Below are positions 1 through 7,937 of a DNA stretch of 32,000 bases, in pieces (the stretch's first letter is position 1; each line of letters opens with the position of its first letter). Both the position numbers and the translations under genes were made by a program. The stretch comes from Corynebacterium amycolatum. Lineage in GTDB: Bacteria > Actinomycetota > Actinomycetes > Mycobacteriales > Mycobacteriaceae. The notes below the pieces were generated by a model. That model was not told where the DNA came from. It saw nothing but the letters and a program-made list of their open reading frames with translations, and did not search any database. The stretch lies in assembly GCF_049243625.1 (NCBI RefSeq), contig NZ_CP046975.1. One strand, written 5' to 3'.

Positions 1-264
1 AGCAATCTCTACAGCATTGTATGCAAACCGAATTATCACTTTTAATTCGCGATGTGACTTTTCGATAATCCTTTCGTCTATTGCCACAAAGTACGTAGGA
101 CTCCCCTAAGGCTCGCCTTCAGCAGCACCAATCATCCACGAACCATTAGAGAAATATGCATAATCAGCCATCTAATCCACATTTTTCTCGGCACAATCTG
201 CACCGCGCCGAAGTTTTGCTGCCGACAGTCGCTCAACTGCCAGGTCACGCATTAAAACAGTCAA

Positions 265-332
265 GACGGTTTCCGCTTCACCAGCAACCGTTCAGTGTGC
301 AGCAAATGCATTCTGGTGAAGCGGAAACCGTC
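265..332. repeat. Perfect 20-bp inverted repeat (GACGGTTTCCGCTTCACCAG / CTGGTGAAGCGGAAACCGTC) with a 28-nt spacer; possible long-stem terminator for the Ltp-like gene
   Basis: Positions 265-284 are the exact reverse complement of 313-332. The repeat lies 66 nt downstream of the minus-strand stop at 398-400. On the minus strand the stem is followed by TTGACTGTTTTAAT. The loop is long for a canonical intrinsic terminator. Confidence 0.6.
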
Positions 333-397
333 CTTTTGCAGCATGCATCCAAACGGGGCTCTGGCCAATTGGCGTCATCAACAAACGAAACCCGCTG

Positions 398-988
398 CTA
401 CAGGTTATCCGCCGCGTACTGAGCTTCCTCCGGGGTAAACTGCTCGCCATATTCCGACGTCAGCTGCTCGTAAATCGCATCCGGGGACATTGCCATCGAA
501 TCCTGGTAAGAGCGCGCCTTTTCCAGTGCATTCTTATTCCAGTCCACTTCAAGGTTGTCCATTGCATACTGGGCAGCCTCCGGCGAGAACTTCTCGCCAT
601 ACTCCGAGGTCAGCTGGTCATAGATGCCGGCCTTGGACATGTGCATCAAATCCGAGTAACTCTTGGCCTTGCGGAGAGCATTCTTGTACTCGGTCGGAGC
701 CTTCTCTTCCTGCTTTTCCTGTTTTTCCTGCTCCTCCGCCTGGCCCTGCTGCTCCTCTAGAGCAGCCCCAGGGTTCTCAGCGAAATCGGCATTCTCAACA
801 GAGCCAGAATCAGCCGCAACTGCAGTGTCCGAATCAAAGAGAGACGCAGCTTCAGAATCGGAGCCCGAATCAGCATCGCCGCCACCGGTCAAGCTGGCCG
901 CCACGGCTAGGACCACAACAGCACCCGCGGCGATACCACCCCACTTGAAGCAGCCACCCTTCTTCTTTTCTTTCGGAGCCTGAGCCAT
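398..988 (-). CDS. Membrane-anchored protein with two tandem Ltp-like domains (host cell surface-exposed lipoprotein / PF07553-type repeats)
   Basis: 196-aa ORF. It has a basic N-terminus (KEKKKGG), a hydrophobic helix (IAAGAVVVLAVAASL) and an acidic low-complexity linker (EEQQGQAEEQEKQEKQEE). Two ~48-aa repeats follow: YKNALRKAKSYSDLMHMSKAGIYDQLTSEYGEKFSPEAAQYAMDNL and WNKNALEKARSYQDSMAMSPDAIYEQLTSEYGEQFTPEEAQYAADNL. These fit the Ltp repeat pattern as I recall it. There is no lipobox Cys after the helix, so it is TM-anchored rather than lipidated. Confidence 0.8.
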   Translation of the reverse strand: MAQAPKEKKKGGCFKWGGIAAGAVVVLAVAASLTGGGDADSGSDSEAASLFDSDTAVAADSGSVENADFAENPGAALEEQQGQAEEQEKQEKQEEKAPTEYKNALRKAKSYSDLMHMSKAGIYDQLTSEYGEKFSPEAAQYAMDNLEVDWNKNALEKARSYQDSMAMSPDAIYEQLTSEYGEQFTPEEAQYAADNL

Positions 989-1003
989 CTGCCCAGCTGC
1001 CGA

Positions 1004-1156
1004 CTACCCCTGCGGGTAGGACTGTTGGCCGAGCGGATCCTGCGGGTTGTGCTGGTAGGACTGCTGCCCCAGCGAATCCTGGGAGCCATACGACCCCTCG
1101 GGGCCATACGGCCCCTGTGGGCACTGCGGGTTCTGAGGGAAAGTGGAATCGGACAT
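1004..1156 (-). CDS. 50-aa P/Q/G/Y-rich ORF, probably the severed N-terminal region of the downstream Ltp-like protein (in-frame TAG at 1004-1006)
   Basis: ATG at 1154-1156 is preceded by AGGAGG (complement of 1166-1171) 9 nt upstream. The translation is MSDSTFPQNPQCPQGPYGPEGSYGSQDSLGQQSYQHNPQDPLGQQSYPQG. The TAG at 1004-1006 is in the same frame as the ATG at 986-988, only 5 codons (SAAGQ) further on. Confidence 0.45.
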   Translation of the reverse strand: MSDSTFPQNPQCPQGPYGPEGSYGSQDSLGQQSYQHNPQDPLGQQSYPQG

Positions 1157-1300
1157 CGTAAGAAGCCTCCTGTGTAGAAGTTGCAATAAACGAACAGCTC
1201 TCTGTCGTCAGTTGGAACTATCTCAGGAACCCTGGATTCAATCTTCCGCACTACACAAAAATTTTCGATTCACGAACCATAAGACGCCGATTAAGGTAAG

Positions 1301-1342
1301 AAAAAACCAGGCTTTGCCCACAAAAACAGGGCATGGACCTGG
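1301..1342 (-). terminator. Rho-independent terminator candidate downstream of metY
   Basis: The minus strand reads CCAGGTCCATGCCC-TGTTTTTGT-GGGCAAAGCCTGG followed by TTTTTTC. The stem is imperfect (5 bp + 5 bp around an internal loop) with a clear T-tract, 17 nt after the metY stop. Confidence 0.55.
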
Positions 1343-1358
1343 CTAAACTCTCGACAAA

Positions 1359-2651
1359 CTAGCTTTCAACCTTGGCCAGCGCTTGCTCAATATCGGCAAT
1401 AATATCGTCAACGTTTTCCAAACCAATGGACAGTCGAACAAGACCAGGGGTAATTCCCACCGCCGGCAGCTGCTCATCCGGAACCTGGCGGTGCGTGGTG
1501 GAAGCCGGGTGCAGCACGCAGGAACGGGAGTCGGCCACGTGCACCTGACGGGTCACCAGCTGCAGCGCATCCATGAAGGTCGTGCCAGCTTCACGGCCGC
1601 CCTTGAGGTCAATCGTGACCACACCGGAAGCTCCGTCGAGGTACTTCTGAGCAAGCTCGTAGTATGGGGAAGATTTCAGGCCGGGGTAACGAACGTCGTT
1701 AAGCAAATCCGTGCGTGATTCGAGATATTCGGCGACCTTCAGCGCATTCTCACAGTGACGACGCATGCGGACATCGAGACTCTCGAGCGACTGGTTCAGC
1801 ATGAAGGCGGAGTGAGCAGATGGGTACGCGCCAAAGTCGCGCTGTAGCTGCATGCGCGCCTTAATGACAAACGGCGCGACGGCGTAGTCCTTGGTGTAGA
1901 CGACGCCGTGGTAGGACTCATCGGGCTCAGTAAAGCCGGGGAACTTGCCGTTGGTGAAGTCAAACTTGCCAGAGTCGACTATGACGCCGCCGACCTGGAT
2001 TGCGTGGCCGTCCATGTACTTAGAAGTGGAGTGGACGACGATGTCTGCGCCGTGTTCGATGGGCTTACACAGGATCGGGGTGGCGAAGGTACTGTCGACA
2101 ATCAGCGGTACCCCCTGGCCGTGGGCGATGCGGGCGAACTTCTCGACATCGAGCACACTCATCGCCGGGTTGGCAATGATTTCACCAAATAGCGCCTTGG
2201 TGTTCGGCTTGAATGCCGCGGCGATTTCCTCTTCGGAGGCATTCTGATCGACGAAGATTGCCTCGATACCGAAGCGTTTCAGCGTGGTAGCGAAGAGGTT
2301 GGAGGTACCGCCGTAAATCTCAGATGAGGTGACAAACGAGTCGCCCGCGGAGCAAAGGTTCATGATTGCGAGTGCAGTTGCCGCCTGGCCGGAGGTAGTA
2401 GCCATTGCTGCGGCGCCACCCTCAAGGTCGGCGATTTTCTCTTCGACGGCCATAACCGTTGGATTGGCGAAGCGGGAGTAAATCAGTGCGTGAGTTGGCT
2501 CGTCGAAGACCGCAGCGATGTCGTCGGAAGAGTCGAACGTGTAGGTCGTTGACTGAATGATCGGCACCTGACGTGGGTCTTTATTACCTGGGACGTAGCC
2601 GGCGTGGATGAGCTTGGTCTGATCTTGCATGGGACGAAATGGGCCTTTCAA
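1359..2651 (-). CDS. metY: O-acetylhomoserine (thiol)-lyase / O-acetylhomoserine sulfhydrylase (PLP-dependent Cys/Met metabolism family)
   Basis: 430-aa ORF with the PLP-lysine motif HSTSKYMDGH and the OAH/OAS-sulfhydrylase-specific insert GKFDFTNGKFPGFTEPDESYHGVVY. The length is typical of MetY/Met17. The listed start is a TTG at 2649-2651, and the ATG at 2628-2630 (MQDQTKLIHAGY) is an equally plausible start. Confidence 0.9.
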   Translation of the reverse strand: MKGPFRPMQDQTKLIHAGYVPGNKDPRQVPIIQSTTYTFDSSDDIAAVFDEPTHALIYSRFANPTVMAVEEKIADLEGGAAAMATTSGQAATALAIMNLCSAGDSFVTSSEIYGGTSNLFATTLKRFGIEAIFVDQNASEEEIAAAFKPNTKALFGEIIANPAMSVLDVEKFARIAHGQGVPLIVDSTFATPILCKPIEHGADIVVHSTSKYMDGHAIQVGGVIVDSGKFDFTNGKFPGFTEPDESYHGVVYTKDYAVAPFVIKARMQLQRDFGAYPSAHSAFMLNQSLESLDVRMRRHCENALKVAEYLESRTDLLNDVRYPGLKSSPYYELAQKYLDGASGVVTIDLKGGREAGTTFMDALQLVTRQVHVADSRSCVLHPASTTHRQVPDEQLPAVGITPGLVRLSIGLENVDDIIADIEQALAKVES

Positions 2652-2665
2652 TCGATTGAATTCTG

Positions 2666-2671
2666 ATTATA
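2666..2671 (-). promoter_or_regulatory. Candidate -10 box (TATAAT) for metY
   Basis: The complement of ATTATA at 2666-2671 is TATAAT, 15-35 nt upstream of the two candidate metY starts. Confidence 0.3.
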
Positions 2672-2762
2672 GGGCGCGAGGTGACGCAAACTGAGCTTCA
2701 GCAGCAAGGTTCCGCCCCCGCTCCCCCAACCGCAAAGATTTTATTTTCCACCCCACCGTCCA

Positions 2763-2768
2763 TATAAT
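2763..2768 (+). promoter_or_regulatory. Candidate -10 box (TATAAT) for the malic enzyme gene
   Basis: TATAAT is read directly at 2763-2768 in the divergent metY/malic-enzyme intergenic region. It would give a leader of about 165 nt. Confidence 0.3.
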
Positions 2769-2903
2769 GAGATACCAATCCCGTATAGCAAGACTGGTTC
2801 AGTTTTACACACACCACTACGTATCACTCGCCAGCTTTTGCTCCCGGCTTTGCGTGCTGCCCACCAGCAGCTCTCGCCGCGGTCGAGTTTTCTCAAAGTA
2901 CAA

Positions 2904-2916
2904 AGTACTCAGTACT
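2904..2916. promoter_or_regulatory. 13-nt palindrome AGTACTCAGTACT (6-1-6), candidate operator
   Basis: Perfect dyad read directly, preceded by a related AAGTAC copy, 22 nt upstream of the malic enzyme ATG. Confidence 0.3.
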
Positions 2917-2938
2917 CAACACGTTTTGGACTGTCATC

Positions 2939-4258
2939 ATGCCTGCTGCGAATTCTTCCTCTAGCTCCTCCGACCACACTGCGAACGCGAACTCCCCTAA
3001 GACGCCGCTTCACGCCGTGCCAGAAGACACCGCCCCCACAGATCCGTCGACCATCACCGATGCGGAAATCTTCGAGGCGCACCGTGGCGGTAAGCTCCGC
3101 TCGCACTCGACCATGAAGCTCGAGACGATTCGCGACCTCTCCATCGGCTATACCCCAGGTGTCGCCCGTGTCTGTGAGGCCATCCACGAAGATCCGGCCC
3201 TGGCCCGCACCTACACCTGGACCGGCCAGAACGTCGCGGTGATCTCCGACGGCACCGCAGTCCTTGGCCTCGGCGACATCGGACCCAAGGCTGCACTGCC
3301 AGTTATGGAAGGAAAGGCCCAGCTCTTCGAGCAGTTCGCCGGTATCTCTGCGGTGCCAATCGTCCTGGATACCCTCGACACGGAGGAAATCATCCAGACG
3401 GTCAAGGCGCTGGCACCGTCGTTTGGCGGGGTGAACCTCGAAGACATCTCCGCGCCTCGCTGCTTCGAGATTGAGCAGCGTCTCGACCAAGAGCTCGACA
3501 TCCCAATCTTCCACGACGACCAGCACGGTACCGCCATTGTCATCGCCGCCGGCCTAATCAACGCCTGCAAGCTGACCGGCCGCAGCTTCCAGGATCTCCG
3601 CGTGGTCATCTCCGGCGCTGGTGCCGCTGGTGTCGCTGCGACGAAGATGCTGCTGTCCGCTGGCGTGTCCGACATCGTTGTCGTCGATTCGCGCGGCATC
3701 ATCCATCCGGACCGCGAGCCACTGAGTGACATCAAGCAGTGGGTCGCCGGCATGACTAACCCGCGCGGTATCACCGGTTCGATCAACGATGCGCTTGTCG
3801 ACGCTAACGTGTTCATCGGCGTCTCTGCCGGCCGTATCGGCGAGGATGCGATTAGCCAGATGGCCGCTGACCCGATTCTGTTCTCGCTGGCCAACCCGAT
3901 TCCGGAAATCCCGATGGAAATCGCTCGCAAGTACGGCGCAGTGGTGGCCACCGGCCGCTCGGATCACCCGAACCAGATTAATAATGTGCTGGCCTTCCCG
4001 GGTCTGTTCCGTGGCGCACTGGAGGCAGGTGCCAAGCGCATCACCGAAGCTATGAAATTGGCTGCTACCCAAGCGATTGCAGGTGTTGGCGTCGAAGACC
4101 TAAGTGCCGACCGCATTATTCCGTCGGCCCTGGATCCGCGCGTGATGCCAGCCGTGGCGAAGGCGGTCCGCGATGCCGCACTGAGTGACCCGGCATCCGG
4201 CGCGGTCGAGCCGCTCGATGTCACCGGCTCAGGGCTAGCTTCTGCTGACGCAAACTAG
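2939..4258 (+). CDS. NAD(P)-dependent malic enzyme (short form, no PTA domain)
   Basis: 439-aa ORF with motifs GYTPGVARVC, VAVISDGTAVLGLGDIGP, the Rossmann motif ISGAGAAGVA, and NQINNVLAFPG. It has a low-complexity N-terminal extension of about 40 aa (AANSSSSSSDHTANANSPKTP...). Confidence 0.92.
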   Translation: MPAANSSSSSSDHTANANSPKTPLHAVPEDTAPTDPSTITDAEIFEAHRGGKLRSHSTMKLETIRDLSIGYTPGVARVCEAIHEDPALARTYTWTGQNVAVISDGTAVLGLGDIGPKAALPVMEGKAQLFEQFAGISAVPIVLDTLDTEEIIQTVKALAPSFGGVNLEDISAPRCFEIEQRLDQELDIPIFHDDQHGTAIVIAAGLINACKLTGRSFQDLRVVISGAGAAGVAATKMLLSAGVSDIVVVDSRGIIHPDREPLSDIKQWVAGMTNPRGITGSINDALVDANVFIGVSAGRIGEDAISQMAADPILFSLANPIPEIPMEIARKYGAVVATGRSDHPNQINNVLAFPGLFRGALEAGAKRITEAMKLAATQAIAGVGVEDLSADRIIPSALDPRVMPAVAKAVRDAALSDPASGAVEPLDVTGSGLASADAN

Positions 4259-4291
4259 AAATCCGGCGATGCTCAGCGTCCCCTTGTAAAT

Positions 4292-4328
4292 CGGGCCTGG
4301 ATAAGGTTTTGTTCCTTGTCCAGGCCCG
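4292..4328 (+). terminator. Rho-independent terminator candidate after the malic enzyme gene
   Basis: CGGGCCTGGA (4292-4301) is the exact complement of TCCAGGCCCG (4319-4328). There is an inner AAGG/CCTT extension, and the hairpin is followed by the T-rich AGTCTTGTTCAGTGTTT. Confidence 0.55.
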
Positions 4329-4463
4329 AGTCTTGTTCAGTGTTTCGCAGCCAGTACCTGCAGTTCCCCACTCCCAGAAGCCTGAAAAGTGTGCGGTTTT
4401 CCTACACCAGCCTGAAGCGCAGCTGAATAGGGGTACCGAATTTAAGGTATTACTGCGCCTAGG

Positions 4464-4469
4464 TAACAT
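4464..4469 (+). promoter_or_regulatory. Candidate -10 (TAACAT) 8 nt upstream of the binding-protein ATG; possible leaderless mRNA
   Basis: TAnnnT hexamer at 4464-4469. There is no Shine-Dalgarno sequence between it and the ATG at 4478. Confidence 0.25.
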
Positions 4470-4477
4470 ATTCAGAT

Positions 4478-5371
4478 ATGAAAAGACCCATCGCATTGGC
4501 GGCTGCCACGCTGACTGCGACCTTGTTCTTAGGGCTTACAGGCTGCGTCACCAATGACGAAAGCGGTAACCCCGAGGGCTGGTCAGAAATCAAACCGGCA
4601 GCGGTCCCCGAACTGGCGAAACAGGTCCCAGCAGATCTTCGTAAGCGCGAAGTATTGCGCATCGGCACCAACCCAACATTCGCCCCGGCAGAGTTTAAGG
4701 ATTCCGCCGGTTCCATCATCGGCTTCGACATCGATCTCATCCGAGCCATGGCCAGTGTCTTGGACCTGAAGATTGAAATCCAAGAACAGGATTTCGCACT
4801 GATTCTGCCGGCCCTGTCGGCCGGCGCAGTCGATGTTGGCGCATCCGGATTCACCTCAAACGAGGAGCGCCGCAAGACTTACGACTTCGTCGACTATCTG
4901 GATACCGGCCTGCAGTGGGCACGTCGCCCGGGCAGCGACGCCAGCTCCGACAACTACTGTGGCAAAACTGTCGCCGTTCAGCGCAATACCGTCGCTGACA
5001 TGGAGGACCTGCCGGTAAAGAATCAGGATTGTCTGGATCGTGGGTTGCCACCAATTAACAAGTTGGCCTACCAGGATGCTGGTACCGCCGCTACCACCGT
5101 GGTGCTGGGGCGTGCTGATGCATTGGCCGCTGACTCACCAGTCAGTGCCTACGCGGTCAATCGCTCCGAGGGCAAACTCGAACTTGCCGGAGATATCTAC
5201 GATGGTGCCCCGTTCGGCTTCGCTATTCCGAAGGATTCAGAACTCGGCCCAGTGCTGCAGCAGGCACTGCAGTACCTCATCGACAACGGCCAGTACAAGC
5301 AAATCCTGACCACATGGGGTTTGGAAGACGGTGCTTTGGAACGCGCCACTATTAACGGAGAGGAACTTTAA
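4478..5371 (+). CDS. Polar amino-acid ABC transporter substrate-binding lipoprotein (family 3 SBP)
   Basis: 297-aa ORF with a signal peptide and lipobox (LFLGLTGC). The SBP_bac_3-like body includes RIGTNPTFAPAEF and GFDIDL. It is the first gene of a tightly coupled three-gene transporter operon. Confidence 0.88.
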   Translation: MKRPIALAAATLTATLFLGLTGCVTNDESGNPEGWSEIKPAAVPELAKQVPADLRKREVLRIGTNPTFAPAEFKDSAGSIIGFDIDLIRAMASVLDLKIEIQEQDFALILPALSAGAVDVGASGFTSNEERRKTYDFVDYLDTGLQWARRPGSDASSDNYCGKTVAVQRNTVADMEDLPVKNQDCLDRGLPPINKLAYQDAGTAATTVVLGRADALAADSPVSAYAVNRSEGKLELAGDIYDGAPFGFAIPKDSELGPVLQQALQYLIDNGQYKQILTTWGLEDGALERATINGEEL

Positions 5372-6352
5372 GTGAGCGACTCATCTGCGTCTGGCGCCCG
5401 CTACGAGGCCACACAGGCGGAACTCAACGAAGAAATTAAGGCCAAACCGCTGCCACACCCGGGGCGCTGGATTACCGCAGCAGTGCTGCTGGTGCTCTTC
5501 CTGTGGTTCATCATCGGTGCCGCCCGCAATGAGGCCTACCACTGGGATGTTTACTTCCAGTACCTGTTCGACACACGAATCGCCGCTGCCGCTGGCTGGA
5601 CCATTGCACTGACAGTCTTGGCCATGCTCATCGGTGTCGTCGGCGGTGCCATCGTCGCAGTGCTCCGCATGTCGGAAAACCCCGTTCTGTCCACAGTTGC
5701 TTGGTTCTACCTGTGGGTTTTCCGAGGAACGCCGGTCTACGTGCAGCTGGTCTTTTGGGGTCTCCTCGGCACTATCTACTCGACGATTGACCTGGGCGTT
5801 ACCGAGGTTGATTTAAGCACCATTCTCTCCAATACCTTCGTGCTGGCATTCGTCGGTCTCGGCTTGAACGAGTCCGCATACATGGCTGAAATTGTCCGTG
5901 CCGGCATCCAGGCTGTCCCAGAGGGGCAGACCGAGGCATCGAAAGCATTGGGTATGAGCTGGTGGCAGACCGTCCGCCGCACCATCCTGCCGCAGGCCAT
6001 GCGCATCATCATCCCGCCGACGGGCAACGAGTTCATTTCCCTGCTGAAGACCACTTCGCTGGTCATCGCAGTGCCGTTCTCGCTGGAACTCTACGGCCGC
6101 TCCACGGATATCGCCAATGCTCTATTCCTGCCGGTGCCGATGCTGCTGGTCGCCGCCACCTGGTACTTGGTCATCACATCGATTCTGATGGTCGGCCAGT
6201 TCTACCTTGAGCGCTACTTCGCCCGCGGCGCTACCCGTCAGCTCACCGCCCGCCAGCTGGCCGCGCTTGCCGACGCCGAAGGTGTGCCGCTTGCAAATGC
6301 TCGCGTTGTCGATAAGGACGAAGAGCACTTCTACCGAGAGGATCCGCAGTAA
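5372..6352 (+). CDS. Amino-acid ABC transporter permease (His/Glu/Gln/Arg/opine family)
   Basis: 326-aa polytopic ORF with an EAA-type loop (EASKALGMSWWQTVRRTILPQAMRIIIPPTGNEFISLLKTTSL). The GTG start directly abuts the upstream TAA. Confidence 0.9.
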   Translation: MSDSSASGARYEATQAELNEEIKAKPLPHPGRWITAAVLLVLFLWFIIGAARNEAYHWDVYFQYLFDTRIAAAAGWTIALTVLAMLIGVVGGAIVAVLRMSENPVLSTVAWFYLWVFRGTPVYVQLVFWGLLGTIYSTIDLGVTEVDLSTILSNTFVLAFVGLGLNESAYMAEIVRAGIQAVPEGQTEASKALGMSWWQTVRRTILPQAMRIIIPPTGNEFISLLKTTSLVIAVPFSLELYGRSTDIANALFLPVPMLLVAATWYLVITSILMVGQFYLERYFARGATRQLTARQLAALADAEGVPLANARVVDKDEEHFYREDPQ

Positions 6353-7126
6353 ATGACTACCAAAGATTTGATGGTTGAGGCGCAAAGGGTTCGGAAGAAC
6401 TTCGGCCGTCTCGAGGTCCTCAAGGGCATCGACCTGGAGGTTCCACGCGGTACGGTTACCTGCCTCATTGGCCCTTCGGGCTCCGGCAAGTCCACACTGC
6501 TGCGCTGTATCAACCACCTGGAGAAGGTCAATGCAGGCCGTCTCTACGTCGATGGTTCCCTGATTGGCTACCGCGAAAAGAACGGTAGCCTCTACGAAAT
6601 CTCCGCCGCAGAAGCTGCCCGTCAGCGTCGCGATATTGGCATGGTGTTCCAGAACTTCAACCTGTTCCCGCACCGCACGGTGCTGGGAAATATCACCGAG
6701 GCACCAGTGCTGGTAAAGGGTGTCTCCCAGGAGCAGGCTGAAAAGCGTGCCATGGAGCTGCTGGAGACTGTTGGTCTGGCTCACAAGGCCGACGCCTACC
6801 CTGTTCAGCTCTCGGGCGGCCAGCAGCAGCGAGTTGCCATTGCTCGTGCACTGGCCATGGAACCGAAGCTAATGCTCTTCGATGAGCCGACTTCCGCTCT
6901 TGACCCGGAGCTCGTCGGTGAGGTTCTCAACGTCATGCATGGTCTGGCCGATAAGGGTATGACCATGGTCGTCGTGACGCACGAGATGGGCTTTGCCCGC
7001 GAAGTCGCCGACCAGGTTGTGTTCATGGCTGACGGCGTGGTTGTGGAAAAGGGCACCCCGGATGAGGTGCTGGGGAATCCACAGCACGAACGCACCCGCA
7101 ACTTCCTGTCTTCGCTGTTGAAGTAA
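6353..7126 (+). CDS. Amino-acid ABC transporter ATP-binding protein (GlnQ-like)
   Basis: Walker [10 protein letters not shown], signature LSGGQQQRV, Walker [14 protein letters not shown]-loop VVVTHEM. The ATG abuts the permease TAA. Confidence 0.95.
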   Translation: MTTKDLMVEAQRVRKNFGRLEVLKGIDLEVPRGTVTCLIGPSGSGKSTLLRCINHLEKVNAGRLYVDGSLIGYREKNGSLYEISAAEAARQRRDIGMVFQNFNLFPHRTVLGNITEAPVLVKGVSQEQAEKRAMELLETVGLAHKADAYPVQLSGGQQQRVAIARALAMEPKLMLFDEPTSALDPELVGEVLNVMHGLADKGMTMVVVTHEMGFAREVADQVVFMADGVVVEKGTPDEVLGNPQHERTRNFLSSLLK

Positions 7127-7143
7127 CAGCCGTTGAAGTAACA
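7114..7143 (+). repeat. 15-bp tandem duplication spanning the ATPase stop codon (GCTGTTGAAGTAACA / GCCGTTGAAGTAACA)
   Basis: Read directly. There are two adjacent copies with one mismatch, and each contains TAA (7124-7126 and 7139-7141). Confidence 0.85.
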
Positions 7144-7175
7144 GCCAGGGGAGGCTGGCAGGCGGAACAGCAAGC

Positions 7176-7937
7176 CTAAGCGCCAAAAGTTGCGGAGATT
7201 CCGCGAAGCATAGTGACTGCCGCGCCGGTAGTCGCCAGAATGACCGCGAGCTTTCGGGCTTGCACAATGGGCACTCGCCGAGAAACGCGAGTGCCCAAAA
7301 ATATACCCACCACCATGGCAGCCAGACACAGCGGCCAGAGTATAACCGGCGTGGTGGAGAAGACGGAGACGTCAGCGCTGATTTCCTTGAACAGCAAGGA
7401 CAATGCGCCGGAGACAAAGAAAAGCGGCTGCAAGGTGGCCGCAAACGTCTGCGCTGGCCAACGAGAGGCCTGCGCGTAAACGGTAATGGCCGGGCCCGCG
7501 ATGCCGGCCAAGGTATTCATAAAGCCGCCGGCAACGCCAGAGGCAACGGCGTACTGTGGGCCGTCAACACGCATGCGCTGAGGCATAAAGGATGTCACCA
7601 GCAGCGCAAGCAGCACTAGCCCACCGACCAGAACCTGGAGTGGCCCGCTGGGCGTGTTGTGAACCACCCAGGCGCCTGGCAGCGCCCCAAAAGCCATCAC
7701 CGGACCAATTAGCCAGAACTTCTTCCAGTCGACGTTTTCTCGCACCGAGATAGTCTGCATGACCGCATTGACGGTGGCGAGCACGTTGATAATCAAAATA
7801 CCTGCTACTGGGCCTGCAATCAGTGAGAGGACTGGCCCTCCCAGCAGACCGAGTCCCATGCCAGCTACTCGCTGCATCAGTGCCCCGATGAAAATCGTTG
7901 CCACGATAAAGACAAAAGCCCACACTGATAACTCCAT
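7176..7937 (-). CDS. Sulfite exporter TauE/SafE family membrane protein
   Basis: 253-aa very hydrophobic ORF. The N-terminal motif MQRVAGMGLGLLGGPVL and the overall glycine-rich multi-TM layout are typical of TauE/SafE (DUF81). Confidence 0.8.
   Translation of the reverse strand: MELSVWAFVFIVATIFIGALMQRVAGMGLGLLGGPVLSLIAGPVAGILIINVLATVNAVMQTISVRENVDWKKFWLIGPVMAFGALPGAWVVHNTPSGPLQVLVGGLVLLALLVTSFMPQRMRVDGPQYAVASGVAGGFMNTLAGIAGPAITVYAQASRWPAQTFAATLQPLFFVSGALSLLFKEISADVSVFSTTPVILWPLCLAAMVVGIFLGTRVSRRVPIVQARKLAVILATTGAAVTMLRGISATFGA

Noticed and set aside
156-422. 88-aa ORF in the left-edge non-coding region
   Set aside because: The composition is His/Gln/Ser-rich and unlike a protein. There is no RBS, it runs through the 20-bp inverted repeat, and it overlaps the end of the Ltp-like gene.
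2652-2938. SAM riboswitch or McbR operator (TAGAC-N6-GTCTA) upstream of metY
   Set aside because: The likely metY leader is only about 10-30 nt, too short for a riboswitch. No TAGAC...GTCTA dyad is present.
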